Shown: one piece after another, positions 63,484 to 64,000 of the stretch
How the letters are laid out: each line of letters starts with the position of its first letter
How positions within the stretch are numbered: position 1 is the first letter of the stretch
The notes under the pieces: model-generated
Told to the model about the DNA's origin: nothing
Seen by the model: the letters and a program-made list of their open reading frames with translations, nothing else
The model's database searches: none
Translations under genes and position numbers: made by a program
IMG/VR virus record: IMGVR_UViG_3300037149_000105
Coordinates: 83,411 to 147,410 of that record
Length of the DNA: 64,000 nt
Origin: a virus
Direction: 5' to 3' (one strand)

Positions 63484-64000
63484 TTAATCTCTTCCCTTAC
63501 TCCATTTCCTCGCTTGCATTTCGTTTAGTTTCATCACATCCATAGCATACCAGTAGGCCCGCTCCGGATCAGTCCGAATCGTCGGCTCCGCCTCCGGCCA
63601 TCTTTGTTTCATCACACTCCGAGCATACCAGTAGGCCCACTTTGGATCAGTCCGAATCGTTGGCTCCGCCTCTGGCCATCTTTGTTTCAGCACATCCATA
63701 GCATACCGGTAGGCCCACCCAGGATCAGTCCGAATAATCGGCTCCGCCTCCGGCCATCTTTGTTTTATCACATCCCGAGCATACCAGTAGGCCCACTCCG
63801 GATCAGTCCGAATCATCGGCTCCGCCTCCGGCCATCTTTGTTTCATCACACTCCGAGCATACCGGTAGGCCCACTCCGGATCAGTCCGAATCGTTGGCTC
63901 CGCCTCTGGCCATCTTTGTTTCAGCACATCCATAGCATACCGGTAGGCCCACTCCGGATCAGTCCGAATCATCGGCTCCGCCTCCGGCCATCTTTGTTTC
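63484..64000 (-). CDS. 24-aa tandem-repeat protein (5' end outside window)
   Basis: (IRTDPEWAYxYAxxVxKQRWPEAEPx)n; frame open to window edge. Confidence 0.85.
   Translation of the reverse strand, partial: KQRWPEAEPMIRTDPEWAYRYAMDVLKQRWPEAEPTIRTDPEWAYRYARSVMKQRWPEAEPMIRTDPEWAYWYARDVIKQRWPEAEPIIRTDPGWAYRYAMDVLKQRWPEAEPTIRTDPKWAYWYARSVMKQRWPEAEPTIRTDPERAYWYAMDVMKLNEMQARKWSKGRD
63530..64000. repeat. 72-bp near-perfect tandem repeat, more than 6 units
   Basis: GGATCAGTCCGAAT...GGCCATCTTTGTTT recurs every 72 bp. Confidence 0.95.

Noticed and set aside
63484-64000. Diversity-generating retroelement TR/VR pair
   Set aside because: Differences are not adenine-specific, units are tandem in frame, and no reverse transcriptase is in the window

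Overview
64-kb segment of a large (jumbo-type) myovirus-like phage genome read in the standard genetic code. (1) 1-6.1 kb is an RNA island. It holds the 3' end of a tmRNA, six tRNAs (Arg-CCG, Leu-TAA, Ser-TGA, Thr-TGT, Ser-CGA, Val-TAC) and two HNH endonuclease genes that overlap tRNAs. It also contains many unassigned structured RNAs: two tRNA-like molecules, two large multibranched RNAs, a 30-nt bulged hairpin with covariation (4 copies in the window) and a CAGCAA-stem RNA with a tRNA-Tyr-type anticodon loop. (2) 6.7-18.4 kb holds small, GC-rich + strand early-type genes behind a repeated TATAC-N17/18-GTATACT promoter. They include two 2H phosphoesterases, a vWA protein, a DUF2828/TROVE-like vWA protein and a DUF3850 protein. 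(3) 18.3-57.2 kb is a - strand virion block: probable internal/ejected proteins, baseplate genes and giant Ig-repeat fibre proteins. It includes a 2188-aa polyvalent protein joining kinase-like, CCA-adding tRNA nucleotidyltransferase, ADP-ribosyltransferase-like, HhH-like and GNAT-like modules. (4) 57.2-64 kb holds holin-like and two SLT genes, Dps, HNH, a papain-family protease and a 24-aa tandem-repeat protein. The best candidate for a new system is a tRNA/RNA takeover-and-repair apparatus: a probably virion-borne CCA-adding enzyme, a Ro60/TROVE-like protein with cognate anticodon-loop RNAs, 2H phosphoesterases and novel ncRNAs. All family calls come from motifs read by eye; no database search was run.
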